DNA of 64,000 nt. Source: an uncultured Planctomycetaceae bacterium. Its GTDB lineage: Bacteria; Planctomycetota; Planctomycetia; Planctomycetales; Planctomycetaceae. The position numbers were made by a program, and so were the translations under genes. The notes beneath the pieces are model-generated. The model saw only the letters and a list, made by a program, of their open reading frames with translations. It searched no databases and was not told where the DNA came from. Below, piece after piece: positions 18,519-31,246 of the stretch; positions within the stretch are counted from its first letter, which is position 1, and every line of letters begins with the position of its first letter. The DNA lies in assembly GCA_963976765.1 (NCBI GenBank), contig CAXBME010000004.1, positions 124,001 through 188,000 on the forward strand, written 5' to 3'.

Positions 18519-19760
18519 TTACGACAGCCGATCCAGACAGGTTGGATCGTTGTGGTCGATGACCGGCAGGCCGTCGACTGAAAACAGGTGGTTGTATTTC
18601 AAGCCGGTTCCGGTGTTAAAGAGAACGACTTTTTCTTCCGACTTGATCCAGCCACTCTCGAGCAGCTGCCTCGCCGCTTTCCAGACCGCCCCGCCTTCGG
18701 GGCAAGCGTAGACTCCCTGGTAAGCGGACATTTCTTTGACGCCATCCATCAATGCTTCGTCCGAAATACTGACAGCCGTGCCGCCACTTTCGCGCAATGC
18801 TCGAATCATCAGAAAGTCTCCGACCGCGATGGGAACTCGAAGCCCGGCAGCGCACGTGGCCGCGTTTTCAAACAGCGGAGCATATTCTTCGCCGGCTTCA
18901 AACGCCTTGACGATGGGCGAGCAGTTTTCAGCCTGAACGACGACCATGCGAGGTCGCTGGGATCCGATCCAGCCAAGTTTTTCCATTTCGTCAAACGCTT
19001 TCCACATGCCGATCAGACCGGTGCCGCCGCCTGTCGGGTACAGGATGACGTCTGGAAGTTGCAGTTCGGTCGTGCCGGCGTGATCGGCAAAGTCAAAGGC
19101 CAGTTCGTAGCCCATCGTCTTTTTGCCCTCAATCCGGAAAGGTTCTTTCAACGTCGACAGGTCGAACCAACTGAAGCGATCCTTTCCCTGCTTGACGAGC
19201 TTCCCGCAGTCACTGATCAGACCGTTGACCAGATTGACGTTCGCGTTGCCGACGACCGATTCGATGATGTTGGCTGGCGGCGTGTCTTCGGGCATAAAGA
19301 TGGCACACTCCATCCCCGCTCGAGCCGAGTAGTACGTTGCCGCTCCAGCCGCGTTGCCCGCCGATGGCAGCGCGACAGTCTTGACACCAAGCGCCTTTGC
19401 GCGAGTCACCGCCGCAGACATTCCACGCGCTTTGAAGCTGCCGGTCGGGTTGAACGATTCGTCTTTGATGAACAGATTCTCGAACGCCTCGAACGGACCG
19501 GTCCGATTGCATGAAAGCAGCGGCGTCAGCCCTTCGCCCAGCGACACCGCTTCCGATGGATCGTTTACCGGGAGGACATCCCAGAACTTCCACATCGACC
19601 GGATCGTTCGCTGACGAACAACGTCAGGCGTGAACCTTGCCTTGATTGCGTCCAGGTCGTAATGAGCCAGCAAAGGCTTCTGGCATTCAGTGCACAGGTT
19701 CTGCAACTGGTCAACAGCGTGGTCCGTTCCGCACATGGCGCAGGTCAATGAAGTGTGCAT
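18519..19760 (-). CDS. thrC: Threonine synthase (PLP-dependent)
   Basis: N-terminal CxxC..CxxC; SLGEGLTPL; NPTGSFKARG (PLP lysine); PTGGGTG; start placed at ATG 19760. Confidence 0.85.
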   Translation of the reverse strand: MHTSLTCAMCGTDHAVDQLQNLCTECQKPLLAHYDLDAIKARFTPDVVRQRTIRSMWKFWDVLPVNDPSEAVSLGEGLTPLLSCNRTGPFEAFENLFIKDESFNPTGSFKARGMSAAVTRAKALGVKTVALPSAGNAAGAATYYSARAGMECAIFMPEDTPPANIIESVVGNANVNLVNGLISDCGKLVKQGKDRFSWFDLSTLKEPFRIEGKKTMGYELAFDFADHAGTTELQLPDVILYPTGGGTGLIGMWKAFDEMEKLGWIGSQRPRMVVVQAENCSPIVKAFEAGEEYAPLFENAATCAAGLRVPIAVGDFLMIRALRESGGTAVSISDEALMDGVKEMSAYQGVYACPEGGAVWKAARQLLESGWIKSEEKVVLFNTGTGLKYNHLFSVDGLPVIDHNDPTCLDRLS

Positions 19761-19818
19761 GCTCGTTTTCTGTTCTAAGAATCGTGGTCGATGAATCTTC
19801 GGGAATTGCCCAACCGCC

Positions 19819-19874
19819 GCAAGGCGCGTCTCGACGCACCGCTGCGGTCGCTGGTGCGTCAAGACGCACCCTGC
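19819..19874. repeat. REP doublet, family A
   Basis: gcaaggcgcgtctcgacgcacc at 19819-19840 and ggtgcgtcaagacgcaccctgc at 19853-19874. Confidence 0.8.
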
Positions 19875-19886
19875 CCAATATTCGCC

Positions 19887-20846
19887 CTAACCATTTCTGA
19901 CGATCTGGCCAAGGTAGTCGAGGACGCCGTGAGTATCGACTGAATCGATGACATCAATATTGTTCTGCCAGCGTTCAATGCCTCGCTGATCAAACACGGT
20001 TGCTCCACGTGTCAGGGAGCCGTGCAACTCGATCGCCAGCGACATTGTCCGGGACGTGAAGTGACGAGGTTCTGCGATCGCTGACAGAGCGGTCACTTCA
20101 CGGAGCGGCACGCCTTCCAGTCCGAGATCTTCATGGTGAGTTCTCAGGGCGAACGGAATCAGTTCGTCAAAGAACCACCGCAGCGCGTATTTCCGATCAG
20201 TCTTCAGACGATCGAACTTGTCGAACGTCAGGACGGTTTTGTTGCTTACATCAAGCGGCACCAGCGTTCGCGTTGCGATCGACTGCAAAACGGTCTGAGC
20301 TGACATCGGGTCTGCAAAGACGTTGAACTCCGCCGCCGCCGTGACGTCGCCGCCGACTCCAACGGAACCTCCCAGACAGACGAGCCGCTGCAGCGATTCC
20401 AGAAAATCGGGAGCCAGCTCGCAGGCAATCGCGACGTTGCTGAGCGGTCCGAGTGTCAGCAGCGTGACTTCGTGCGGATTGTTCTTCACAAGGTCGATCA
20501 TCAGCTTTGCCGACTCTCGCTGGTTGTGGAGCTGGGCCATTGGAATCTCTGCCGTCCCCAGTCCGTAGTTTCCGTTGAGACGCAGCGGGTCAAGAAAGCC
20601 CGGCGGTTCGACTCCGCTCTGCCGAAAAATCGGACGTGACGCCGTCGATGCTCCCAATCGAGGATGCTTGTCCGGATCGACCGATTCCATGATGGTCAGA
20701 ATGTTCTGAGTCGCCACCATGCCAGACACGCATCCGGAAGTAGCGGTCACTCCGATCAGATCGATGTTCGGGTCGAGAGCCGCCAGCGCGATGGCGAACG
20801 CGTCGCCAATTCCAGGATCGGCATCGATGATCAGTTTTCGAGGCAT
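19887..20846 (-). CDS. Nucleoside hydrolase family protein (IUNH), atypical active site
   Basis: LIIDADPGIGDA, TLGPLSNVA, AAEFNVFADP, VPLDV; start at ATG 20846 with AGGAG upstream. Confidence 0.85.
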   Translation of the reverse strand: MPRKLIIDADPGIGDAFAIALAALDPNIDLIGVTATSGCVSGMVATQNILTIMESVDPDKHPRLGASTASRPIFRQSGVEPPGFLDPLRLNGNYGLGTAEIPMAQLHNQRESAKLMIDLVKNNPHEVTLLTLGPLSNVAIACELAPDFLESLQRLVCLGGSVGVGGDVTAAAEFNVFADPMSAQTVLQSIATRTLVPLDVSNKTVLTFDKFDRLKTDRKYALRWFFDELIPFALRTHHEDLGLEGVPLREVTALSAIAEPRHFTSRTMSLAIELHGSLTRGATVFDQRGIERWQNNIDVIDSVDTHGVLDYLGQIVRNG

Positions 20847-21399
20847 ACCGGCTCCTGCCCTCGTTGTTTTCACTGGCCGCAGCGCGTGTACGCACAACGG
20901 CGAAGAACACTCCCATCAGCGCGGATCGTACGGGCTGTGGCTTCAGATGGTCAAACAGCGAACAACTCAACCGAAATAACCGGAATAATCGACTGACTCT
21001 GAAAGCAAACTCTTCCGATAAACACTCACAAATTTTTGCCCCGACGCTGGCCGCGACCTAAACATCCACTGCAAATGATTGCTCGCCCTGCGTTCATACA
21101 ATGGGGACATCAATCATGCAGAACCGTATCCAGCATCCTCGATGCCGGGCTTGAGGTACCAATTCGTTTCCGCAAGGCATCTACAGTGGCCGATCGATCT
21201 GGCACCACAGAAACATCGCTCTGGTCAGCGTTTTCAACCGCTGAGACCGGATCGATTCTCTGCCTGAGCCAGACCGCCACCGACAGCCCGGACATCATCG
21301 ATAAGGCGAGCCAGACTTCCGATCCAGACTCGTTCGCACTCCGACGTCTCTGGTGGGCGAAACACCTTATCTCTACTGGCTGCCCTGCAAGCAGTTGGT

Positions 21400-22395
21400 T
21401 TGGCCGCTGGCCTGGCAATTCATCAGCAACTCCTGAACGCCAATGACGTTTCGCAAATTTCAAGCACCACAATCGGTGGTGTTTCGTCATCGATCGCCGG
21501 CACTTTCATCTGGATTGTGTCTGTTCAGGGAGCGATTGGCTTCCTTGTCTTCAGATGGGTCAATCGGGCCTGTCGCGAAAAGCAGGAGCAGTCTGAAGCC
21601 AGCGTCGAACAGCATCGGCAGGCTCTAACTCGAACTCGCAACGCCGTTATCCTGGGGCTGTCGCGGCTTGCAGAATCACGGGATGAGGAATCCCAGGGAC
21701 ACCTCGATCGAGTTGGAATTTACGCCGAAAAACTGGCTCGAACTGCGTCAAGACATCCAGAATTTGCCAGGCAGGTTTCGAGTGGTCTGATTGAGAGTAT
21801 TCGACCGAGCGCCGCGTTGCATGACATCGGCAAAGTCGGGATTGAAGATTCTATTCTGCAAAAGCCGGGACGCCTTACCGACGATGAACGGCGGCGGATG
21901 CAGGCTCACACCAGAATCAGTGGCGAATGCCTTTTTCAGATCCAGCAGTGCCTGGGCGACTCAAACTTTCTGACACTTGCTCACGAAATCGCCGTTTTCC
22001 ATCACGAACGCTGGGACGGTTCGGGATATCCATCGAAGCTGGCCGGCGAAGCGATCCCCCTGTCAGCAAGGATTGTCGCCATCGCTGATGTCTACGACGC
22101 GCTGTCGGCTCGCCGCGTCTACAAAGATGCGTACGCTCATGAACGGTGCGTCGAAATCATCGCATCAGAAGCCGGCAAACAGTTTGATCCTCGACTGGTC
22201 GATGTGTTCCTGGAAATTGAACCAGAGTTTGCACAGGTCGCCGCGGGTTGTTCAGACGAGCCGAACGACTCATGGCTGGAAAGCGACGCGTCATTCGACT
22301 TCGGAGATGCCGACACGCTGATCGACGAAGACCTCTCAGAACTGGACTGCGTCCTCGGAAGAGTTGACGTCCACCTCGAGGCATCGGCGGGCTAA
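21400..22395 (+). CDS. Membrane-associated HD-GYP domain protein (putative c-di-GMP phosphodiesterase); 5' end uncertain
   Basis: LHDIGKVG, HHERWDGSGYP, ARIVAIADVYDAL, GKQFDP. Confidence 0.85.
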   Translation: MAAGLAIHQQLLNANDVSQISSTTIGGVSSSIAGTFIWIVSVQGAIGFLVFRWVNRACREKQEQSEASVEQHRQALTRTRNAVILGLSRLAESRDEESQGHLDRVGIYAEKLARTASRHPEFARQVSSGLIESIRPSAALHDIGKVGIEDSILQKPGRLTDDERRRMQAHTRISGECLFQIQQCLGDSNFLTLAHEIAVFHHERWDGSGYPSKLAGEAIPLSARIVAIADVYDALSARRVYKDAYAHERCVEIIASEAGKQFDPRLVDVFLEIEPEFAQVAAGCSDEPNDSWLESDASFDFGDADTLIDEDLSELDCVLGRVDVHLEASAG

Positions 22396-22408
22396 CCCGG
22401 GAAGACAC

Positions 22409-22978
22409 TCAGGAAGATTCCTGGCCGAACGACAGTCGCATCTGAGGATCCTTCTTCTCTTCTTCGAACTCTGTGTAGAGAAGGCTCGGCTGGATGTCGT
22501 CGTTGTTCTGGTATTTACGACTGGCGTACTCGGTAATGTCGCCTTCGACCGTGTGGTAGAACATCTGGCAGATCGGAATGCCCGGATAAATCCGCACTGG
22601 CTGCACCGCGAAAATTTCCAGCGTCCAGTACCCACTGAAGCCGATGTCGCCGAACCCGGCGGTGCAGTTTACGAAGAGTCCCAATCGGCTGACTGACGAA
22701 CGCCCTTCAATCATTGGTACCAGGTTGTGCGTCTCCGTGCGTTCCAGGGTCCGACCAAGGTAAAGCTGGTTCGGATTCAGAACGAAACCTTCTTTCGGAA
22801 TCGTATACCGACGCAGACGATTCGGACGCTGCATGTCGAGCACGATTTCCTCGTAGACAAGCAGTTCGTCGTGCAGCCGCAAGTCGTACCCGTTCGGGTT
22901 GAGGTACTTCTCGTCGAACGGCTCAATCACAATGTTCTTGTTGAGCTGCTGCTTGATCTCGTGACCAGTGAGGATCAT
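22409..22978 (-). CDS. dcd: dCTP deaminase
   Basis: MILTGHEI, NPNGYDLRL, EGRSSVSRLGL, AGFGDIGFSGYWTLE. Confidence 0.9.
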   Translation of the reverse strand: MILTGHEIKQQLNKNIVIEPFDEKYLNPNGYDLRLHDELLVYEEIVLDMQRPNRLRRYTIPKEGFVLNPNQLYLGRTLERTETHNLVPMIEGRSSVSRLGLFVNCTAGFGDIGFSGYWTLEIFAVQPVRIYPGIPICQMFYHTVEGDITEYASRKYQNNDDIQPSLLYTEFEEEKKDPQMRLSFGQESS

Positions 22979-23146
22979 GGACAGCCTTCTCTGAAACGGA
23001 TGCAGAAGCCAGTTCGGAACGGCGTGGCACAGTACGACTTACCCGTTCGCGATTCAACAAAGTCCCCATCAGTACTGACGATAATTCTCGGGAGCTACGA
23101 TCCCGCGCCGCCGGGACTCTCACTCAAATCCGTAATCATTGATCCA

Positions 23147-23314
23147 GTCACGGATGGACGCAGTTTTTCACGGATGGCTATGGATGCAGCAAAATCCATC
23201 CTTAACTCATCCGTGGCCCTTACTAATGTTTTGCGTCAGAAATACGAGAAATTATGCGTGAGCACAGCAGAGGAAATCTCTTCGCGAACCTTTGCGTCTT
23301 CGCGGCTTTGCGTC
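23147..23314. repeat. Cluster of short intergenic repeats (CACGGATG/CATCCGTG and CTTTGCGTC types)
   Basis: tcacggatgg at 23148 and 23168, inverted catccgtggc at 23208; ctttgcgtcttcgcggctttgcgtc at 23290-23314. Confidence 0.5.
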
Positions 23315-23379
23315 AGCATTCATCCCCCACAGGCATGATGCATGGAAAGGCTCGACTCGACGGCTAACCAGCCTGACTC

Positions 23380-23439
23380 TGCCAAATTGGCCGACAGCCA
23401 CACACTGACCTGAGTCGCCGAAAACTTGCCAAAATGGCA
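23380..23439. promoter_or_regulatory. Two palindromic TGCCA-N3-TGGC(A/C) boxes, candidate activator sites
   Basis: TGCCAAATTGGCC at 23380-23392 and TGCCAAAATGGCA at 23427-23439, 90-150 bp upstream of the sigma-54 motif. Confidence 0.55.
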
Positions 23440-23530
23440 TTCAAACTCCGAGCAACCAGCAAACGAATAATCTTCGTAAACCACTATATAAATTAGTGAT
23501 ACAACTCTTCCCAACTCACAGAAGAAGCAT

Positions 23531-23546
23531 TGGCACGACCTTTGCT
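23531..23546 (+). promoter_or_regulatory. Sigma-54 (-24/-12) promoter of dnaK
   Basis: TGGCACGACCTTTGCT matches the TGGCACG-N4-TTGCW consensus exactly, in the orientation of dnaK. Confidence 0.8.
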
Positions 23547-23702
23547 TTCCTGCCGAACAACTGACAAAACTCGGCCGCACAGGCCTCGCGACATCGGGTC
23601 GCTGGCGGAAATCCGCTGCTGAAGTGCGGGAAAATCGGACAGGTGCGTCGTCTCTGCGACAAGCCGCCACAGATAATATAGAGAACTCAAAGGAGAGACA
23701 TT

Positions 23703-25598
<1,896 letters not shown>

Positions 25599-25622
25599 CA
25601 ACGACAATCGCTGATTCCACGA

Positions 25623-25652
25623 GGCGGCGTGCCATCCATCCGGCACGCCGCC
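25623..25652 (+). other. Strong hairpin between dnaK and clpB, no U-tract
   Basis: GGCGGCGTGCC-atccatcc-GGCACGCCGCC. Confidence 0.6.
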
Positions 25653-25852
25653 GCCGTGGGGCCGGATTTCGGATCGCAGAGTTTGGTTGTTAGGTACCGG
25701 GCACTTCGATCCTGAATCCCGCCTCACCGCGGTCGCTCGATCAAATCTGATCCCTTCGCTTTTCCAACAACCGTGATTGCCGCGGCTTGTTCCCTCGTTC
25801 GACCTTTGCGTCACCGTTGCGCGCATACCGCAACATCATCGGGAGAAGAAAC

Positions 25853-28486
25853 ATGTCAATCCGATTCGACAAACTGACGGTCAAAGCTCAGGAAGCCGTT
25901 CAACGGGCTCAGCAACAGGCCGAAGACCGCAGCCATCAACAATTGCTGGCCGTGCATCTGCTGCGGGCGTTGCTCGATGAGCAGCAGGGAGTTGTACGAC
26001 CTCTGTTTCAGAAAATTGGAGCGAGTCCAGACCAGATCGCTCAGGCAACGGACGTTGAGCTGAATCGTTTGCCGAAGGTTTCCGGAGCTGGAATTCAGGT
26101 CGGACTTGGCGCAGAACTGTCGAAAGTTTTTGACGCGGCGCAGAAGCAGGCAGACCTGATGAAGGATCAGTTTCTGTCGACCGAGCATTTGCTGATTGGG
26201 CTGATCAAAGTCGACAGTGAGGCGAAGAAGCTGCTCAATCTACACGGAGTCGGAGAGCACGACATTCTGGAAGCTCTCAAGACGATCCGCGGCGGACAGA
26301 CGATCAACGATCAGTCGCCCGAAGAAAAATACCAGGCTCTCGAAAAGTACGGCATCGATCTGGTTGAAACGGCTCGCCAGGGAAAGATCGATCCGGTTGT
26401 CGGTCGCGACACCGAAATCCGCCGAGTCATTCAGGTTCTTTCGCGACGTCGCAAGAATAACCCAGTCCTGATCGGCGAACCCGGCGTCGGCAAAACAGCA
26501 ATCGTCGAGGGGCTTGCTCATCGAATTGTGATGGGCGACGTTCCGCAGAATCTACAGAACAAACGCGTCGTGGCTCTGGACATGGGAGCGTTGATCGCCG
26601 GAGCGAAGTATCGCGGCGAGTTCGAAGACCGACTGAAAGCCGTACTGAAAGAAGTAACGGACTCCAACGGCCAGATCATTCTGTTCATCGACGAGCTGCA
26701 CACCGTCGTCGGCGCCGGAGCCAGCGAAGGAGCGATGGATGCGTCCAACCTGCTAAAACCGGCTCTGGCTCGTGGCGAGCTGCACTGCGTCGGTGCGACG
26801 ACACTCGACGAGTACCGCAAGCACATCGAAAAAGATCCGGCACTGGAGCGACGCTTCCAGCCGGTGCTCGTTCAGGAACCCAATGTCGAAGACACGATCT
26901 CGATTCTGCGAGGCCTCAAAGAACGCTACGAATCGCACCACGGCGTCCGCATTACGGATGACGCTGTTATTTCAGCCGCCACCCTGTCGGACCGGTACAT
27001 TTCCGATCGATTCCTGCCGGACAAGGCTATTGACCTGGTCGACGAAGCGGCCAGCCGGCTGCGAATGGAAATCGACTCGATGCCCGCAGAAGTCGACGAA
27101 GCCACTCGCGAACTGACGCGAATGCAGATTGAAGCGGCGGCACTTGCTACGGAGAAAAGTGCCGACAGCCAGCAGCGACTGGAAGAATTGCGTCGCAAGA
27201 TCGCAGACCGCGAGGAAGACGTGAACCGACTGAAAGCTCAGTGGGAAACCGAGAAACAGGCTCTCTCCGGCGTCCAACCGTTGAAAGAGGAAATCGACAA
27301 ACTGCGCACCGAGTACGAACAGGTTTTCAATCGGGCTCGCCAGACGAACTCGAACGAAGATTTCATGCGGGCGTACGAGGTTGAGCAGAAGATCAAAGAC
27401 GCGCAGACCAGACTCGAAGAAGTCGAAGCAAAGCTCGCCGAGACTCAGTCGGCGGAAGGAGATCGCCTGCTGAAAGAAGAGGTCACGCCTGAAGACATCG
27501 CCCGAGTCGTCAGCACCTGGACCGGCGTGCCGGTTTCCAAGATGCTCGAAGGCGAGCGCGAAAAACTGCTCACGATGGAAGACCGCATCCACGAACGAAT
27601 GATCAACCAGCACGAAGCCGTGCGGGCAGTCTCCGATGCCGTGCGACGGTCACGGTCAGGATTGCAGGATCGCAGCCGACCGATTGGCTCATTCATTTTT
27701 CTCGGACCAACCGGCGTCGGAAAGACGGAACTGTGCAAGGCCCTGGCAGGATTCCTGTTTGACGACGAGCGGAACATGGTTCGCATCGACATGAGCGAGT
27801 TCATGGAGAAGCATGCCGTTTCGCGACTGATCGGTGCCCCTCCAGGTTACGTCGGTTACGAAGAAGGCGGCAAGCTGACCGAAGCCGTGCGGCGGCAGCC
27901 GTACTCGGTCATCCTGCTGGATGAAATCGAGAAGGCTCACCGAGACGTCTTTAACGTGCTGCTGCAACTTCTCGATGACGGACGGCTAACCGACAGCCAT
28001 GGCCGAACGGTCGACTTCTCGAACACAATCGTCGTCATGACGTCGAACATCGGCAGCCACCAGATTATGGAAATGGCTGGCTCGGCAAGCGACGACGAAA
28101 TCCGGAACGCAGCGATGGAGTCGTTACGTCGGGAATTCCTGCCGGAGTTTCTGAACCGGGTTGACGAAACGGTCGTGTTCCATCCGCTCGGCCTGGCCGA
28201 AATTCGGCAGATCGTCGACCTGCAACTGCGAGGGCTTCAGAAACTCGTCGAGGAGAATAATCTGGAACTGGTCGTCACGGACGCTGCGCGCGACCTGCTG
28301 GCCGAGGAAGGCTACGATCCGGCCTACGGAGCACGGCCTCTGAAACGAGCGATTCAGCAGCGAATCCAGAATGCTCTGGCAAAAGAACTGCTGGCTGGCC
28401 GGTTTGAGGACGGAGCAGTCATCACCGTCGGTGTCGAGTCAGGAGAATTCACCTTCTCCGCGACCGAGGCCGTGGTGTCTGCATGA
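25853..28486 (+). CDS. clpB: ATP-dependent chaperone ClpB
   Basis: Two AAA+ domains ([16 protein letters not shown]), long coiled-coil middle domain, [14 protein letters not shown] 25853 with GGAG upstream. Confidence 0.97.
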   Translation: MSIRFDKLTVKAQEAVQRAQQQAEDRSHQQLLAVHLLRALLDEQQGVVRPLFQKIGASPDQIAQATDVELNRLPKVSGAGIQVGLGAELSKVFDAAQKQADLMKDQFLSTEHLLIGLIKVDSEAKKLLNLHGVGEHDILEALKTIRGGQTINDQSPEEKYQALEKYGIDLVETARQGKIDPVVGRDTEIRRVIQVLSRRRKNNPVLIGEPGVGKTAIVEGLAHRIVMGDVPQNLQNKRVVALDMGALIAGAKYRGEFEDRLKAVLKEVTDSNGQIILFIDELHTVVGAGASEGAMDASNLLKPALARGELHCVGATTLDEYRKHIEKDPALERRFQPVLVQEPNVEDTISILRGLKERYESHHGVRITDDAVISAATLSDRYISDRFLPDKAIDLVDEAASRLRMEIDSMPAEVDEATRELTRMQIEAAALATEKSADSQQRLEELRRKIADREEDVNRLKAQWETEKQALSGVQPLKEEIDKLRTEYEQVFNRARQTNSNEDFMRAYEVEQKIKDAQTRLEEVEAKLAETQSAEGDRLLKEEVTPEDIARVVSTWTGVPVSKMLEGEREKLLTMEDRIHERMINQHEAVRAVSDAVRRSRSGLQDRSRPIGSFIFLGPTGVGKTELCKALAGFLFDDERNMVRIDMSEFMEKHAVSRLIGAPPGYVGYEEGGKLTEAVRRQPYSVILLDEIEKAHRDVFNVLLQLLDDGRLTDSHGRTVDFSNTIVVMTSNIGSHQIMEMAGSASDDEIRNAAMESLRREFLPEFLNRVDETVVFHPLGLAEIRQIVDLQLRGLQKLVEENNLELVVTDAARDLLAEEGYDPAYGARPLKRAIQQRIQNALAKELLAGRFEDGAVITVGVESGEFTFSATEAVVSA

Positions 28487-28506
28487 ATTTTGTTCCGTCG
28501 ACTCGC

Positions 28507-29409
28507 TTAGCGAGCCAGGATTCGTGACGTTGCGGCAAGATCGTTTGCCAGCTGTTGCTGCCGTGCGAATTCTGCCTGAGCGAGTCGAATCGCCATCGCT
28601 GATGCAATACAGATCTGTCCTTCAACGGGAAGCTCTGGCTCGAATGTAATTCGAGCGTCTGAGATGCCATCCATCGTTGCTACAACCTGTCCCTGCCACC
28701 GATATTCGGTGACCCAGTTCGGTCCTGCTGCAAACAGTCCTTCAAGCCCTTTCTCCAAGCCAGTTGACTGACTGGAAAGGGGAACTTCTTCGGACCGTCC
28801 AACAATTTCGATTTCGCCAACCGTGCAGTTGATGCTCCCGATCGGAAATTCACCCGGAGCCTTTGATGATCCTTCTGGAGACAACTGCCCATCAAAACGA
28901 ATTTCCCCGAGCAATCGTCCATCACCAGTAACCGACCCAACCATCGCGCCAGGCTTCGGAACTTTCGCAAATCCGAGATTCATTACCTCGCCTGAATCTT
29001 CGCTGCCTGCCCTCACGTGAGCCTTCATTCCGCCTGCGTGTTCCACGTCAAAGGAATAGGTCGGCGCTTTACCAGCGAAAGAGACTTGTTCGACTTCCGG
29101 AGCCTCCTCACCAATCGCAGCAAACTGAGCCGCAGTTCCCAGCCAGCTTGTATGGAAATGCCCCATCTCCAGCCAGTAGCGATACACTCCGCGATTCAAC
29201 TTGACAGTCCAGGGGCCTTGTGAATGCTCTGGGGGCGCTGCATATTTGTCGGGACTCGAACACCCGGAAATCAGGACTGACAAGACCGCAACGGCAGCTC
29301 CGAGTCGAAAGTACGAAGATCTCTTACCGGCCAAAGCTCTCATAGAGCTGCTCACTTTCGAGGAATCCATCCACCGTACGACCACCGGATCTACACGCCA
29401 TATAGGCAC
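28507..29409 (-). CDS. Hypothetical lipoprotein; start uncertain
   Basis: Hydrophobic segment ending in a lipobox-like LISGC. Confidence 0.55.
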   Translation of the reverse strand: MPIWRVDPVVVRWMDSSKVSSSMRALAGKRSSYFRLGAAVAVLSVLISGCSSPDKYAAPPEHSQGPWTVKLNRGVYRYWLEMGHFHTSWLGTAAQFAAIGEEAPEVEQVSFAGKAPTYSFDVEHAGGMKAHVRAGSEDSGEVMNLGFAKVPKPGAMVGSVTGDGRLLGEIRFDGQLSPEGSSKAPGEFPIGSINCTVGEIEIVGRSEEVPLSSQSTGLEKGLEGLFAAGPNWVTEYRWQGQVVATMDGISDARITFEPELPVEGQICIASAMAIRLAQAEFARQQQLANDLAATSRILAR

Positions 29410-29583
29410 CGGCGTTCTGATCTATCGGAAGTGGTGAGTCTTTTGCTTGACCGGTTTAGATAAACATTGCCAATTTTGATGGTCCCATGAGATTTGTGGC
29501 AGCAGCTTACAACCACAGGCCGATGGTCGATGACTACCACTTAACCCCGGAATATTTCACTCGGACAACGAGTGATGGCTGTG

Positions 29584-29612
29584 TTGATATTGGACCGGCC
29601 TGTCCGTAGACT
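29584..29612 (+). promoter_or_regulatory. Candidate sigma-70 promoter of the ffh operon
   Basis: TTGATA-17 bp-TAGACT. Confidence 0.45.
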
Positions 29613-29727
29613 GTCGCGCTTCCCGCCGCGTTTTTACGCCAAGCGGTCACTGAATAACAGCTCATGTCGAAGCTTAAACTGCGTTGTCGCAGGAGTTTAC
29701 GACCTCTGACGACAAATCGGCTCCGGT

Positions 29728-31203
29728 ATGTTTGAAGGCATAACCGACAACTTAAAAAGCGCGCTGTCGTTCATGAATCGTGGTCGTCTCACTGAGACGA
29801 GCATTCGTGAGGGTATGCAGACGGTACGGCAGGCGCTGCTGGAAGCCGACGTCAATTACGACGTCGCCCAGAACTTCATTGAGCGCGTTACCGAGCGAGC
29901 AATTGGTGACGATGTTCTGAAGTCGCTCAGCCCGACCGAACAGATTATTGGGATCGTCAATCAGGAACTCATCGACCTGATGGGGCCGGTTGACCACTCG
30001 CTCCATTACGTCAAAGGCAGCATCACCATCCTGATGATGTGTGGTCTGCAGGGGGCCGGTAAGACCACAACGTGCGGAAAGCTCGCAAAGCTGCTGCAGG
30101 CCGAAGGCCGCAAGCCGTTCCTCGTTGCGGCCGACCTTCAGCGTCCGGCGGCTATCGAGCAGTTGCGCGTCGTCGGTGAACAGGTCGGCGTTCCGGTTCA
30201 TACCGAAGACCCTGCCGACAGCACCCCTCTAAAGGTTTGTACGAACGGTGTCGCCGCGGCGAAGAAAGCGGGAGCGGATGTCGTCATTCTTGACACCGCC
30301 GGTCGACTCCATGTCGACGACGAGCTGATGAACGAGCTGGAGCAGATTGATCGGCGGGTGCAGCCGCATCAGATTCTGCTTGTTTGCGACGCGATGACCG
30401 GGCAGGACGCGGTCAACAGCGCCAAAGTATTCAACGACGCTCTTGAGCTGGACGGTGTGATTCTCACCAAGCTCGATGGAGACACTCGCGGCGGTGCGGC
30501 ACTTTCGGTCAAAGAAGTCACCGGCGTCCCGATCAAATTCATCGGCGTCGGCGAGCAGCTCGACAAACTGGAACTCTTCCATCCAGACCGGATGGCGAGC
30601 CGAATTCTGGGCATGGGCGACGTCGTCACTCTGTTCGAGAAGGCTCAACGGGAAATCTCCGAAGAGGAGATGGAAGACGCTCAGCAGAAGATGAGCGAGG
30701 GCAAGTTTACGCTTGTCGATTTCCAGAAGCAGATGCGCATGGTCAAGCGGATGGGTTCGGTCAAGGACATCATGAAGATGATCCCCGGACTCGGCGGCAT
30801 GGCCGACAAGCTTGGCGCGGCGGGAGAAGATCCCGAGAAAGAGCTGAAGCGAGTTGACGGGATCATCAACTCGATGACGGAATACGAACGCGAAAATCCG
30901 TCAAAAATCGATCGCAGCCGTCGCAACCGAATTGCGGCTGGTTGCGGAGTCGAGCCATCAGAAGTTAACGCTCTGCTGAAGCAGTTCGGCGAGATGGCGA
31001 CAATGATGAAACGGATGTCCGGCATGGGAGCGATGGACCGCATGCGTGCGGTTCAGGAAATCGCCAGAAACAGCGACCCCAGCGGCAACTTCAAAGTGCA
31101 GAAACAGCGGAGTAAACGAGGTCCTCAGAACAGCGATAAGCTGAAGGAACTCAAAAAGAAGCAACGTAAAGACAAAAAGAAAGCGCGAAAGCGCAACAAG
31201 TAG
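29728..31203 (+). CDS. ffh: Signal recognition particle protein
   Basis: [24 protein letters not shown], Met-rich M domain. Confidence 0.97.
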   Translation: MFEGITDNLKSALSFMNRGRLTETSIREGMQTVRQALLEADVNYDVAQNFIERVTERAIGDDVLKSLSPTEQIIGIVNQELIDLMGPVDHSLHYVKGSITILMMCGLQGAGKTTTCGKLAKLLQAEGRKPFLVAADLQRPAAIEQLRVVGEQVGVPVHTEDPADSTPLKVCTNGVAAAKKAGADVVILDTAGRLHVDDELMNELEQIDRRVQPHQILLVCDAMTGQDAVNSAKVFNDALELDGVILTKLDGDTRGGAALSVKEVTGVPIKFIGVGEQLDKLELFHPDRMASRILGMGDVVTLFEKAQREISEEEMEDAQQKMSEGKFTLVDFQKQMRMVKRMGSVKDIMKMIPGLGGMADKLGAAGEDPEKELKRVDGIINSMTEYERENPSKIDRSRRNRIAAGCGVEPSEVNALLKQFGEMATMMKRMSGMGAMDRMRAVQEIARNSDPSGNFKVQKQRSKRGPQNSDKLKELKKKQRKDKKKARKRNK

Positions 31204-31246
31204 TGTCGCCCGTTGGCGATGCTTGTTTACAAGGAGTAACTGGCAA

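Noticed and set aside
29410..29727. Possible SRP RNA near ffh
   Set aside because: No CAGG..GNRA..AGCAG domain IV pattern seen.
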